Source of the DNA: Nitrospirota bacterium
GTDB taxonomy: Bacteria; Nitrospirota; UBA9217
Reading direction: 5' to 3'
Length of the DNA stretch: 64,000 bases
Assembly (NCBI GenBank): GCA_963840455.1
Contig: CAWIYV010000014.1
Span: 352,001-416,000, forward strand
A program made the translations under genes and the position numbers. The stretch's first letter is position 1. Each line of letters starts with the position of its first letter. Below the pieces are notes generated by a model. The model was not told where the DNA came from. It saw only the letters and a list, made by a program, of their open reading frames with translations, and searched no databases. Below, piece after piece: positions 54,905 to 64,000 of this stretch.

Positions 54905-55714
54905 TTATTTTGCAGTCTGCCTTCTTAATTCTGCTGCGTGTACAGCGAATCCCCCGAAGCACTCCAGCCGATCGAGCATCGTCTCCTCGGAGAATCCGTA
55001 CTTCTTCATGATCTCCCGCATCTGGTCCACATTGGCGTCCACGGTCGGGCCGCGGCAGCCCCAGCATCCGAAGCGGCTGTTCGGGCACCATGAATCGCAT
55101 CCGCCCCGGGTGATGGGCCCCAGGCAGGGTTCGCCCAGGTCGAAGAGGCAGGTGTTCTCGTTCGCCTTGCACTCCATGCAGACAGGGTATTTGGGATGGA
55201 CGATGGTCTTCCCGAGCACCACGTTCGTCACGATCTTCTCGACCTCTTCCTTCTTGACCGGGCATCCGTAGATTTCAAGGTCCACCTTCACGAAGTCCCC
55301 GAGCGGTCTCGCCTCGTCGTTCGTCTCGATGGGGTTGGATCCGTAGACCTCCCGCCTGACCCACGCGGCGTCCTGGAACCGGTTCCTGAGCTGGTTCACA
55401 CCGCCGAAGCAGGCGCAGGAGCCGAAGGCCACGAGTACGGCTGCCTGCCCGCGGATTTTCTTAAGCCGCTCGATCTCATCGCTGCGGGTGACGCTGCCCT
55501 CGACAAAAGCAATGTCGTAATCATCATGCTTTTCCGTCATGGCCTCGCGGAATGTCCGCACGTTTACGAGGGACAGAAAGTCGAGCAGCGTGGCCTCGTT
55601 GTTCACAAGCTGGAGCTGGCAGCCCTCGCAGGAGGAGAGCTCGAAGAAGGCGACCTTCGGACGGTGAACGGGCAGTCCGAGGTAGGTCCTGGTCTCGCTG
55701 GCTTTCGAGTCCAT
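54905..55714 (-). CDS. [NiFe] hydrogenase small (delta) subunit
   Basis: SSCEGC, GSCACFGG, GCP, CLGP and CWGCRG motifs. Start MDSKASE near 55714. Confidence 0.9.
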   Translation of the reverse strand: MDSKASETRTYLGLPVHRPKVAFFELSSCEGCQLQLVNNEATLLDFLSLVNVRTFREAMTEKHDDYDIAFVEGSVTRSDEIERLKKIRGQAAVLVAFGSCACFGGVNQLRNRFQDAAWVRREVYGSNPIETNDEARPLGDFVKVDLEIYGCPVKKEEVEKIVTNVVLGKTIVHPKYPVCMECKANENTCLFDLGEPCLGPITRGGCDSWCPNSRFGCWGCRGPTVDANVDQMREIMKKYGFSEETMLDRLECFGGFAVHAAELRRQTAK

Positions 55715-56619
55715 TAGATGGCCTCTTTCAGGTTCATGACGGTCCAGTAGTCGAACACCGGCCCCTTGAGGCAGGTGTAGGTGGAGCCCACGTTGCAGCG
55801 GCAGCACTTGCCCATGCCGCAGTGCATCCGGCGCTCCAGGTCCACGAACATCTTCTGCATGGGCACGCCGCGCTCGGAGAGCATGGTGCAGACGGACTTG
55901 AACATGACGGGCGGGCCGCAGACGATGGCATACGTGTTGGCGAGGTAGGAATCGTCCCGGCCCTTCACGATCTCCTCCAGGACCTTGGTGGTGAATCCCA
56001 CCGGCCCGGTCCAGGAGGGATCTGCTTTTTCCAGGATGATGTGGAGCCCGATGTCATCCTTCTTCCACATCTCGTACTGGAACTTGAAGAGCAGGCGGGA
56101 GGTGTCCTTCGTGCCGTACACGATGTCCACTTTGTCGAACATGCTCCGGTGCTCCTGCACGTGGGCGATGGGCGATCGCAGGGGAACGAGGCCCAGCCCG
56201 CCTGCGATGAGCAGGATGTTCCCGCCGTGCATGCGCTCCATGGGGAAGCTGGTGCCGAAGGGGCCGCGGATACCGACGCGCGTGCCACGCTCGGCCCGGC
56301 TCAGGAAGGTCGTCAGGTTTCCCACGGCTCGGATGCAGAGTTCGATGTCCTCATGGTTGCTCGGCGACGACGAAATGGAGATGGGCGATTCGCCGATGCC
56401 CGGAAGTTCGAGCATGATGAACTGGCCGGGGCGGAAGGAGAAGTGCCTGCGGTCCTCGTTGTCCAGTATCCGGATGCGGTACAGGTTCTCCTGTTCCGTG
56501 AGCTTGTATACGCTCGTGATCTCGGCCTTGTAAGTGAACTCGAAACTGTCGAGGTCGGCTTTGCGATGGTACCTGTGGTAGTGGGGGTGCACGTCGTGGA
56601 ACGCGAGACGGTGGTCCAT
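55714..56619 (-). CDS. Hydrogenase FAD/NAD(P)-binding (gamma) subunit
   Basis: RPGQF, RGPFG, AGGLG, CGPP and CGMGKCCRC motifs. Confidence 0.92.
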   Translation of the reverse strand: MDHRLAFHDVHPHYHRYHRKADLDSFEFTYKAEITSVYKLTEQENLYRIRILDNEDRRHFSFRPGQFIMLELPGIGESPISISSSPSNHEDIELCIRAVGNLTTFLSRAERGTRVGIRGPFGTSFPMERMHGGNILLIAGGLGLVPLRSPIAHVQEHRSMFDKVDIVYGTKDTSRLLFKFQYEMWKKDDIGLHIILEKADPSWTGPVGFTTKVLEEIVKGRDDSYLANTYAIVCGPPVMFKSVCTMLSERGVPMQKMFVDLERRMHCGMGKCCRCNVGSTYTCLKGPVFDYWTVMNLKEAI

Positions 56620-56620
56620 A

Positions 56621-57664
56621 TCAGTGCTCCTCTCCCCGGACGCTTGCGATCACCTCGGGCACGGTGATGCCGGCAAGGCAGGCCTCGCCGCAGCGGCCGC
56701 AGCCCACGCAGAGAGACTCCTCGTAGGCTTCAACGAACCCGCGGTGCTTGTGGTAGTAGCGGTACTTGAGCCTGGTGCTCCGTTCGGGCCGGAAGTTGTG
56801 GCCGCCGGCGACCTCGGCGAAGTCCACGATATTGCAGGAATAGAGCGATTTGGTCTTCTTCGCGTGCTGGAGATCCACATCCACGGTCTCCTCCACGCCA
56901 TAGCAGTAGCAGGTGGGGCAGACGTTGGCGCAGGTGCCGCAGCCCAGGCACTTGTCGCCCCACTGCTTCCAGACCGGGGACTGGAACTCCATGTCCAGGA
57001 TCTTGGTGAGGTCCGTGGTGTCCACATGTGCGGTGAACTGCTTGTTCTTCTCCGCCACGGTCCGCATGTACTGCAGGTGGTCGGATTCCTTCGGTGCCTC
57101 CGTTTTCAGGTCCTTGGCGATCTCGTAGGCCTCGGCCGAAAGGATCTCGATGAAATACTTGTCGCCGATGTCCGTCAGGAAGAGATCGAAGCCGTGGAGC
57201 ACGGTGTCGGCGCCCATGGAGCGGCAGAAACAGAAGGGCTGGGGCCGGCAGTCGATGCCGATGATGAACATGTTCTTCCGCTTCGCCGCGTAGTAGGGCA
57301 TGGGATAGACAGGGCCCATCAGCACCTTGTCGAGCTTGTTCAGGGCGTTGATGTCGCAGGCGTGGAGCCCGAAGAGCACATAGGGCCGGTCGATGTTGTA
57401 GCCGATCTGCTTGGTCCATTCCCTGCCGCTTATCGTGAAGGTGGCGAGGTCCTCGCGGAAGGGGAGGAAGTACCGCTTTGCCGGGAGGCGGGTAGTGGTG
57501 TAGCTAAGGTCGAGCTTCTGAAAATCCGCTATCTGCTCGAAGGCGTAGAGGGGGGCGCCGTTCCGGTCCTTGCCCGTCGGGACCGGTCCGACAACCGCGT
57601 TCGTCTCGGCGAGCATGTTGTAGAGAGTTTTGATCTCGTTTTTTTCGGCGACACGGAAGAGCAT
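56621..57664 (-). CDS. Hydrogenase 4Fe-4S (beta) subunit
   Basis: [16 protein letters not shown] and [11 protein letters not shown] motifs. Confidence 0.92.
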   Translation of the reverse strand: MLFRVAEKNEIKTLYNMLAETNAVVGPVPTGKDRNGAPLYAFEQIADFQKLDLSYTTTRLPAKRYFLPFREDLATFTISGREWTKQIGYNIDRPYVLFGLHACDINALNKLDKVLMGPVYPMPYYAAKRKNMFIIGIDCRPQPFCFCRSMGADTVLHGFDLFLTDIGDKYFIEILSAEAYEIAKDLKTEAPKESDHLQYMRTVAEKNKQFTAHVDTTDLTKILDMEFQSPVWKQWGDKCLGCGTCANVCPTCYCYGVEETVDVDLQHAKKTKSLYSCNIVDFAEVAGGHNFRPERSTRLKYRYYHKHRGFVEAYEESLCVGCGRCGEACLAGITVPEVIASVRGEEH

Positions 57665-57838
57665 GGTCGGCTACCACGATGAAAAAGTCAGATGAAAAAG
57701 ATGAAGCTCAAAAGTGAAACTAGGCTAATTATAGCAGGCAGTGGCGAATATAATGCAATTTATTATTCATTGCGGGAATTTGGAGGGACGCGGATTCCGC
57801 CTTGAAGCAGGAAAGGTCATTCGTTGCGATAGGAAGGA

Positions 57839-59788
57839 TCAGCTCAGGCCTGACACGAGCTGGTGGAGCGCCGGGTAATCGTTCTGCGCAGTGGTGGTCT
57901 CTTCCCGCAGCAGCCGGAGCGCCTCGGGGACGTACTTCAGGAAATACTTCTTGCCCTTCAACGCGGAGAGGAACCCGTACGCACCAAGTGCCTGCATGTG
58001 GCGCTGGAGTCGGCAGGAAAGCAGTGTTTCGCGGAAAGCGTCGGCGTCGAAGTCCTTCGCAGATCTTTTCATCTCCTCGATATAGTACGAGATAAGCCGC
58101 TCCCGCATCGTGTCGTCGAGCCGGTGGTAGGGGTCCCAGAGGATCGAAGCGAGGTCATAGGCCGGCGGGGCCATGCGGGCGCCCTGGAAGTCGATGACGT
58201 GGGGAATACCGGCTTTCATCATGATGTTCTGACTCTGAAAGTCCCGGTGGATGATCGCCGGCAGGAAGGAACTGACGGACTTCGCGAGGTTGTGAAGATC
58301 CTCATCGAGCGCTTTCCGGTCCGCGATCCGCGCTTTTCTGAGGCCGGTGACGAACCGCTCGAGGAAGTATGTTGTTTCCCAGCGCAAATGGTCGTAATCG
58401 AACATCCGTGATGCAAGCGGCGGGCACTCGTCGACGTGCTCCGATGCCCGGCCGTGGAGGCCGACGAGGATGTCGAGCACGCGGCGATAAAGGGCTTCAA
58501 CGATGTCGGCGTCATGGGGGAACCTGAGCCAGGAGTGGAGCGACAGGTCGCCGAGGTCCTCGAAAAGCGCACGCTTGCCCGCCTCGTCGGTCCCGAGGAG
58601 GCGCGGAACCGGAACACCGTGGCTATGGAAGAACTTCGTGTAGGTGAGATGGCGTTCGTAGTCGGGATCCTCGCGGCCGCACTCCATCAGGACCGCGGAA
58701 AGCGTCCCCTTTTGCACCCGGAAATAGCGGCGGTCGGAACCGCCGAGGCCGATGAGGACCGCCTTCGCGATGCTGCCTTTGCCCGCGGCCGGGGCGTCGA
58801 AGTGGGAGAACAGCGGGCCGGCGAGGCCGACGTCCTTTTTCATCGCCCAATGGGTCGACGGCTGCATCTCGATCTCCCTGAGCGGGAGCTCGTAGTCGGG
58901 GCCGATGATGCAGTTCTCGTGGCTGCCGGCGACCTCCGTGCCGGGCATGATGATGCAGTTCCTGAGCGTGCTGCCGCCCCGCACCGCACAGCCCTGTTCG
59001 ATCACCGCGTAGCCGTCCACATCGATCTCCCCGGCTCGCGCCGAGGAGGAGCAGTAGACCGTCTCCCCGATCATCCGAAGCGTGTCCAGGACCGCCGCGG
59101 CGTAGCTCGTGGGAGTGCCGATATCGCTCCAGTAGGAGCCGGTGAAGTCCACGGTCTTGACCTTGTAGCCGGCCCGGGAAGCGGCGATCCATGCGTCGGT
59201 CGCATGGGACACGCCGGGGGACAGGAACCTGAGGATGTCGGGCGAATAGACGGCCACGCCGGTGTAGGCGACCTTCTTGCCGATGCGGGCAGGGTTCGGC
59301 CGCGAGTCGCCCGGGTTCTCGACGTCGATCACGCAGTCGTTCTCGTCAATGACGACGTTGCTGAGCGCGGGATGCCGATGGGTCACGAGGGTGGCGATGT
59401 TGCCCGAGGCGAAATGGGCCTCGGTGAGCTTGCTGAACGAGATGTCCAGCAGGATGTCGGCGTTGTGGACGATGAAATGTCCCTCGGCAAGCAAGGGTTC
59501 GGCGTTCTTGAGCGCTCCGCCGGTGCCGAGCAGGGCGTCCTCATGAAAGAACGTTACCTGGTTCGCGTAGGAAGAGCTCCGGAACCACTCGCGGATCATC
59601 TCCGGCCGGTGATGGAGGTTGACGCCGATCTTGCCCTCGCAGATCGAGGTGAGCTTCCCAAGGATGATGCCGATGAGCGGCCGGCCGAGAAGCGGCAGCA
59701 GCGGTTTCGGGATGTGGTTCGTCACCGGCCTGAGCCGCTCGCCGAGGCCGGCTGCGGGGAGGAATATGTTGAGCGGGATCTTGGGCAT
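57839..59788 (-). CDS. Fused nucleotidyltransferase (MurU-like) and APH-family sugar kinase (AmgK-like)
   Basis: N-terminal AAGLGERLRP..PKPL; C-terminal GSDRRYFR, HRDFQSQN, IDFQGA and QRHMQALGAY. Confidence 0.85.
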   Translation of the reverse strand: MPKIPLNIFLPAAGLGERLRPVTNHIPKPLLPLLGRPLIGIILGKLTSICEGKIGVNLHHRPEMIREWFRSSSYANQVTFFHEDALLGTGGALKNAEPLLAEGHFIVHNADILLDISFSKLTEAHFASGNIATLVTHRHPALSNVVIDENDCVIDVENPGDSRPNPARIGKKVAYTGVAVYSPDILRFLSPGVSHATDAWIAASRAGYKVKTVDFTGSYWSDIGTPTSYAAAVLDTLRMIGETVYCSSSARAGEIDVDGYAVIEQGCAVRGGSTLRNCIIMPGTEVAGSHENCIIGPDYELPLREIEMQPSTHWAMKKDVGLAGPLFSHFDAPAAGKGSIAKAVLIGLGGSDRRYFRVQKGTLSAVLMECGREDPDYERHLTYTKFFHSHGVPVPRLLGTDEAGKRALFEDLGDLSLHSWLRFPHDADIVEALYRRVLDILVGLHGRASEHVDECPPLASRMFDYDHLRWETTYFLERFVTGLRKARIADRKALDEDLHNLAKSVSSFLPAIIHRDFQSQNIMMKAGIPHVIDFQGARMAPPAYDLASILWDPYHRLDDTMRERLISYYIEEMKRSAKDFDADAFRETLLSCRLQRHMQALGAYGFLSALKGKKYFLKYVPEALRLLREETTTAQNDYPALHQLVSGLS

Positions 59789-59850
59789 GGGATAGATGCA
59801 GAAGTCAAAAATCAGGAGTCAGGTGAAAATCCAAGGGATGCAAACGGCTT

Positions 59851-59962
59851 TTCACCCCGAAGACGCGACCAAAAGTAGGCGCTTCTAAGCGAGGACGCCA
59901 GGAAATCCTGGACGGGGACTCTTAAGTCGTTACCTTCGCGACCTTAGCGCCTAAGCGGTTCA
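59851..59962. repeat. Family B element with the 24-bp micro-insert
   Basis: CCGAAGACGCGA[insert]GGACGCCAGG ... CCTTCGCGACCTTAGCGCCTAAGCGGTT. Confidence 0.7.
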
Positions 59963-59994
59963 TGACTCTTATCGGCTTCCTGTCCGGCTCCTTT

Positions 59995-61179
59995 TCATTT
60001 ATACAGTAAGTACTGCCTGCGGACCTTCTCGAACGCCTTCGTTTCTTCCTTCCACCACGCTTCCATTTCCCTGATGTCCTTCCAGGCCTCGATGTCCTTC
60101 CGGAGCCGTTCGCTTCCCGCCAGGATGTCGATGGGCATCTTGATCTCTTCGTACTCATAGGGCGGCTGCTTCCAGGCGAAATGGCGGGGCCAGGTGTTGT
60201 GGACCGCCTTCAGGATCGCCACGCCGGTGCGGAAGGGTCTGAACTTCTCCCGGTCTGTCACATGGATCTGGGCGCCGCCGCAGAGCCTGCCCGCGTGTTT
60301 CTGGAACGTGGGTTGGAAGGAGATCGGCCGGAAGACGACACCGGAGAGCCTGAACTCTCTGAGCTCCTTCACGATGGTCTCGGGATCGATGAAGGGCGCG
60401 CCGAACATCTCGAAGGGCCGGGTCGTGCCGCGGCCTTCCGACAGATTCGTGCCCTCGAGCAGGCACATGCCGGGATAGACGAGCGCGGTGTCGAGCGTCG
60501 GCATGTTGGGCGACGGCAGGACCCAGGGGAGGGCGGTCTCATCGAACCACTGCCTCCGCTTCCAGCCCCGCATCGGAATGACGCGGTAATGGACTCCGGG
60601 ATGGAACTGGTCCTCGAAATAATGCCCGATTTCCGCGATGGTCATGCCGTGCCGTATCGGCAGCGGCCTGAGGCCGACGAAGGACCGGTATCCGGGCTGC
60701 AGCACCGGGCCTTCGGTGAGACGGCCGCCGAGGGGATTCGGCCGGTCGAGCACGACCACGGTCTTTCCCTCCTCGCGGCAGGCCTGCATGCAGAGGTCCA
60801 GGGTCCATATGAAGGTGTAGTAACGGCTTCCCACGTCCTGCAGGTCGATGGCGAGGACGTCAATGTCTTTCAGCATTTCCGGAGAAGGTCTCCTGACCTT
60901 GCCGTACAGGCTATACACGGGCAGGCCGGTGGCGGGGTCGCGAAAGCCCTCCCACTCCACCATGTTGTCCTGCGTCTGTCCGTGGATGCCGTGCTGGGGG
61001 CCGAAGAGCGCACTGAGCCGAAACTTCTTCGAGCGGCGGAAGACGTCAACGGCATGCTCGAGCGTGTGGTCCACGCTCGCTGGATGCGCCACGAGGCCGA
61101 TGCGCGCGCCCTTCAGGTCCTTGGGCCAGAGCTTCTCGACGAGGTCGAGGCCGGTCAGCGCCGCTTTCTTCAAAGCCAT
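59995..61179 (-). CDS. DUF1343/NamZ exo-beta-N-acetylmuramidase family
   Basis: FGPQHG, DLQDVGSRYYT, DRPNP, PSPNMP and SEGRGTTRPF motifs. Start ATG 61179. Confidence 0.9.
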   Translation of the reverse strand: MALKKAALTGLDLVEKLWPKDLKGARIGLVAHPASVDHTLEHAVDVFRRSKKFRLSALFGPQHGIHGQTQDNMVEWEGFRDPATGLPVYSLYGKVRRPSPEMLKDIDVLAIDLQDVGSRYYTFIWTLDLCMQACREEGKTVVVLDRPNPLGGRLTEGPVLQPGYRSFVGLRPLPIRHGMTIAEIGHYFEDQFHPGVHYRVIPMRGWKRRQWFDETALPWVLPSPNMPTLDTALVYPGMCLLEGTNLSEGRGTTRPFEMFGAPFIDPETIVKELREFRLSGVVFRPISFQPTFQKHAGRLCGGAQIHVTDREKFRPFRTGVAILKAVHNTWPRHFAWKQPPYEYEEIKMPIDILAGSERLRKDIEAWKDIREMEAWWKEETKAFEKVRRQYLLYK

Positions 61180-61268
61180 GGCCGGATTATAGTGAGTATC
61201 GGCGGTGATGGCAACAGAAATTTCCCCGCACGGTTGAAATATCGCGTTGTCTCCTCTATAATAGCGCC
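61180..61268. promoter_or_regulatory. Divergent sigma-70 promoters, each 6 nt from an ATG
   Basis: Minus strand: TTGCCA-17-TATAAT-CCGGCC-ATG. Plus strand: TTGAAA-17-TATAAT-AGCGCC-ATG. Confidence 0.7.
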
Positions 61269-61475
61269 ATGACGTACAAGGTCGTGGAGACAAGCACCGT
61301 GACGGACGAGGAGATCGAGCGCCTGGTGAACGCTTGGGACGCGAAGGGCTACGCCTTTGCCAGCATCCACTTCGTCACCACCCAGGCCTCCCGGCGTCCG
61401 GTGATGGCGTTTTTGTTCTTTACGGGGCCGGGCGATGAAAAATCACCCGGCATTTCGGACAGGACCGGCGTATGA
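61269..61475 (+). CDS. Small DUF4177-like protein
   Basis: YKVVETSTVTDEEIERLVN...SRRPVMAFLFF; overlaps the next ATG (ATGA). Confidence 0.7.
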   Translation: MTYKVVETSTVTDEEIERLVNAWDAKGYAFASIHFVTTQASRRPVMAFLFFTGPGDEKSPGISDRTGV

Positions 61476-62513
61476 CCAGCAATCCGCTCCGCCAGCTTAA
61501 ATCGGCGGTCTTCGCGCTCGTCCTTCTGGTGCTCATCGGGTCGGCAGGCTATGTGGTGCTCGAAGGGTGGTCCTTCCTGGATGCCCTGTACATGACCGTT
61601 ACCACGATCACGACGGTGGGGTATATGGAAGTTCACTCGCTCAGCCGGACGGGTCGCCTCTTCACGCTGCTGCTCATCGTCTCCGGCGTGACAGTCCTGT
61701 TCTACACGGTCGGCAAGATCGCCCAAGTGATGTTCGAGGGCCAGTTCCAGCGATATTTCGGGAGGATGAAGGTGGAAAAAAAGATCGAATCGATGCGGGA
61801 CCACTATATCATCTGCGGTTTCGGCAGGATCGGCTCGCTTATCTGCAAGGAGTTCGCGGCAAAGCCGCTCTCCGTTCGTTGTCGTGGAGAACAAGCAGGA
61901 CGTGATCGAGAAGCTTGAAGCGGAGGACTACCCCTACCTCCGGGGGAACGCCACGGAGGACGAGACCCTGCTGAAGGCCGGCATCAAGCGCGCCAAAGGG
62001 CTCATCTCCGTCGTGACGTCGGATACGGAGAATGTGTACATTACCCTCACGGCCCGGGGGCTGAACCCCGACCTCTACATCCTTGCCCGGGCAGGCGAGG
62101 AAGGCTCCGAGGTCAAGCTGAAGCGCGCCGGCGCCAACAAGGTGATCTCGCCCTACCACATCGGCGGGAGCCGCATGGCCCAGGCCATCCTGCGGCCGAA
62201 CGTCGTGGATTTCATCGAGATCGCGACGGGACGCGACCATTTCGATCTTCAGATGGAGGAGATCAGCATTCCCGCAGTGTCGTACTGCGTGGGCGAGAAC
62301 CTGCTCTCCTCTGGCTTCCGCAAGCAGACCGGCGTCATCATCGTGGGCGTCAAGAAGACCAGCGGCAAGATGGTGTTCAATCCCGACTCACAGACCCGCC
62401 TCGACGCCCTCGATACCCTGATCATCCTGGGCGAGCCTTCGGCGATCACGAAGCTGGAGCAGCTCGTGGCCCTGAAGAACGCCAACGATGCGGCAATCAG
62501 CGGTACGCGGTAG
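61472..62513 (+). pseudogene. Potassium channel (2TM pore plus RCK/TrkA-N/C), frameshifted near 61870
   Basis: TVGY filter and CGFGRIG in the first ORF; the RCK domain continues in another frame after CCGCTC-T-CCGTTC. Confidence 0.8.
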
Positions 62514-62542
62514 ATCTGTCCTCATGCCCCCGGTGCGTTAAC

Positions 62543-62813
62543 GCTCCCTGCAGCAGGCATCAGGGCATCTTCGATCCCTGAGAATTCTCGTTATCCTAGC
62601 GCGGACAAGCCGGGATCAGATCCTTTGAACCGCCAGGGTGTGAAGGTCGCCGGAAAATCAGCAGCGCCTGATCTTACGCCCAAAACACGTTGCCGTCCTT
62701 CGCGTCTTCGCGGTAAAAATTTCCTGCCATTTTTAGAAGAGTTCGATCCTTGATCAATGGATCACCCGCTGACCCGCAGCAAACTGCGGGGACTGAGTTC
62801 GCTCATGGATTCA
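62543..62813 (-). mobile_element. Degenerate family A element(s) with a family B element (62624-62718) in between
   Basis: GCTCCCTGCAGC..TTCGATCC..TTATCCTA, then AACCGCCAGG..CTTCGCGTCTTCGCGGT, then CCCGCAGCAAACTGCGGGG..GCTCATGGATTCA. Confidence 0.7.
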
Positions 62814-62935
62814 TCTTCCTCTTGCCAAGAATGAGGCAAGTGTCGTATAGTAGGCACGCTCCGGTCAAGGAGCATCGTTGGCCACGTTGTCATTTAGCTC
62901 GCACTGGCGAAGCGGAAACGAAGGATATCCTGTCT

Positions 62936-63625
62936 ATGAAACATCGTGCGGTCTTTCTGGTCCTTGTCCTATCACTGCTGTCCTATGCCGCTGCAGGCTT
63001 CAGCGGCTGCGGCAATAAACACAATTCCCTGTCAGCGATCATCGTGACACCGTTGGATCCGGTCGTTGCCATGGGGAAGACGCTTCAGCTTTCCGTTACC
63101 GCGATCTTTTCCGATGGGCTGATAGTGACATCGTGGTCCCAGGTAACGTGGCAATCATCGGATCCCGCAGTCGCGGCTGTCGGCAGTTCCGGTCTTGTAT
63201 CCGTGTCCACGGTCACAACAGGTGCCGCAGTGATCACGGCAACGGATATCTTCCATCCGCACATCACCCGCAGCGTCACGGTCTACGTCACCGAACTTCT
63301 TTCCATCACGATATCTCCGCCGGACCCCATCATTAGCCTTGGCACCGTTTCATCCCAGACATTTTCGGCAACCGGTCTCTACTCGCTGAATACTCCCTCT
63401 GCCTGGTCTTCTTCTTCCACCTGGCCGCTGGTGGACCTGACGCAGCTGGTTTCCTGGGTCTCGTCGAGCACTGATGTTGCGGTGATCAGCACTGCTACGG
63501 GCACGCGTGGGATCGCTACGGCTGTCTATACGGGAACAACGGGAACAACGGGAATAACGACGATCACTGCAACGGACCCGATATCCGGTATGACGGGAAC
63601 CACGACCTTGACAGTTAACCCTTGA
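62936..63625 (+). CDS. Ser/Thr-rich lipoprotein with two Big_2 Ig-like domains
   Basis: Lipobox FSGC; VTWQSSDPAVA and VSWVSSSTDVA; ITAT motifs. Confidence 0.82.
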   Translation: MKHRAVFLVLVLSLLSYAAAGFSGCGNKHNSLSAIIVTPLDPVVAMGKTLQLSVTAIFSDGLIVTSWSQVTWQSSDPAVAAVGSSGLVSVSTVTTGAAVITATDIFHPHITRSVTVYVTELLSITISPPDPIISLGTVSSQTFSATGLYSLNTPSAWSSSSTWPLVDLTQLVSWVSSSTDVAVISTATGTRGIATAVYTGTTGTTGITTITATDPISGMTGTTTLTVNP

Positions 63626-63665
63626 CGGTTCACGAGGGTGAGCTGCTGCACGTCACCGGTCGGGT

Positions 63666-63772
63666 GGATCCAGGAGCGAGCGTTGACCCCGCAGCTTGCA
63701 GCGGGGTTGGCGAGCGATGAGAATAATGATAGTTCCCTAAGGATCGAAGATCCCCTGCTACAGGGAGCTTCA
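63666..63772 (+). mobile_element. Family A single unit
   Basis: ATCCAGGAGCGAGCG..CCCCGCAGCTTGCAGCGGGG..GGATCGAAGATCCCCTG..CAGGGAGCTTCA. Confidence 0.85.
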
Positions 63773-63900
63773 CTGTCCATCAAGGATACATCCGCCTTTA
63801 TCCGGCGCATATCCGTTCGATCCGTGTCAAATGCCGTTCGCAGTATCATAACGTGTTTCTCGAGAGAGATGAGGAATAGACCTTGCCCGAGAGGGAACCG

Positions 63901-64000
63901 GTGAACGTGCTCATCGTCAAGAATGTTGCCGCCGAAGGCCCCGGCACCATTGAGGACCATCTCCGAGCTGCGAACATCCCTTTTACCCTCATCGACCTCG
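63901..64000 (+). CDS. Type 1 glutamine amidotransferase, 5' fragment
   Basis: GTG start after GAGGG; VLIVKNVAAEGPGTI resembles the GATase1 N-terminus; runs off the window. Confidence 0.6.
   Translation, partial: MNVLIVKNVAAEGPGTIEDHLRAANIPFTLIDL

Noticed and set aside
63529-63560. ACGGGAACA 9-nt repeat as a family B element
   Set aside because: It is coding (TGTTGTTG) inside the Ig-domain gene and has no inverted arm.

Overview
A GC-rich bacterial chromosomal window, mostly housekeeping and metabolic genes. Gene content suggests an anaerobic Nitrospirota- or deltaproteobacterial-like organism (inference only). It includes a P-type ATPase, a multiheme cytochrome, two sensor proteins, an Omp85/SurA-N/SppA group, recN, vorD/vorB, cysK, iscS, an NtrX-like regulator, an ABC-2 transporter, a GH57 enzyme, uppS-cdsA-dxr-rseP-ispG-proS, a GspE/PilB ATPase, mdh-fumAB-apt, a group 3b [NiFe] hydrogenase operon, a NamZ plus MurU-AmgK-like recycling pair and a frameshifted K+ channel. 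The main signals lie outside the ORF track. (1) An unannotated 79-aa NifU/Nfu-like gene has an in-frame TGA in a C-W-R-U motif and a SECIS-like hairpin (45405-45644). (2) Many intergenic gaps hold layered non-autonomous repeats: a ~110-bp double-hairpin element in tandem arrays, ~100-bp inverted-repeat elements built of 9-mers, and 7/8-nt-period tracts. A 24-bp micro-element with a compensatory hairpin is found only inside the 9-mer arms. (3) Low-GC solitary gene cassettes carry attC-like sites with no integrase in the window. (4) Two divergent gene pairs appear to be leaderless. No CRISPR array, rRNA, tRNA or transposase gene was recognised.
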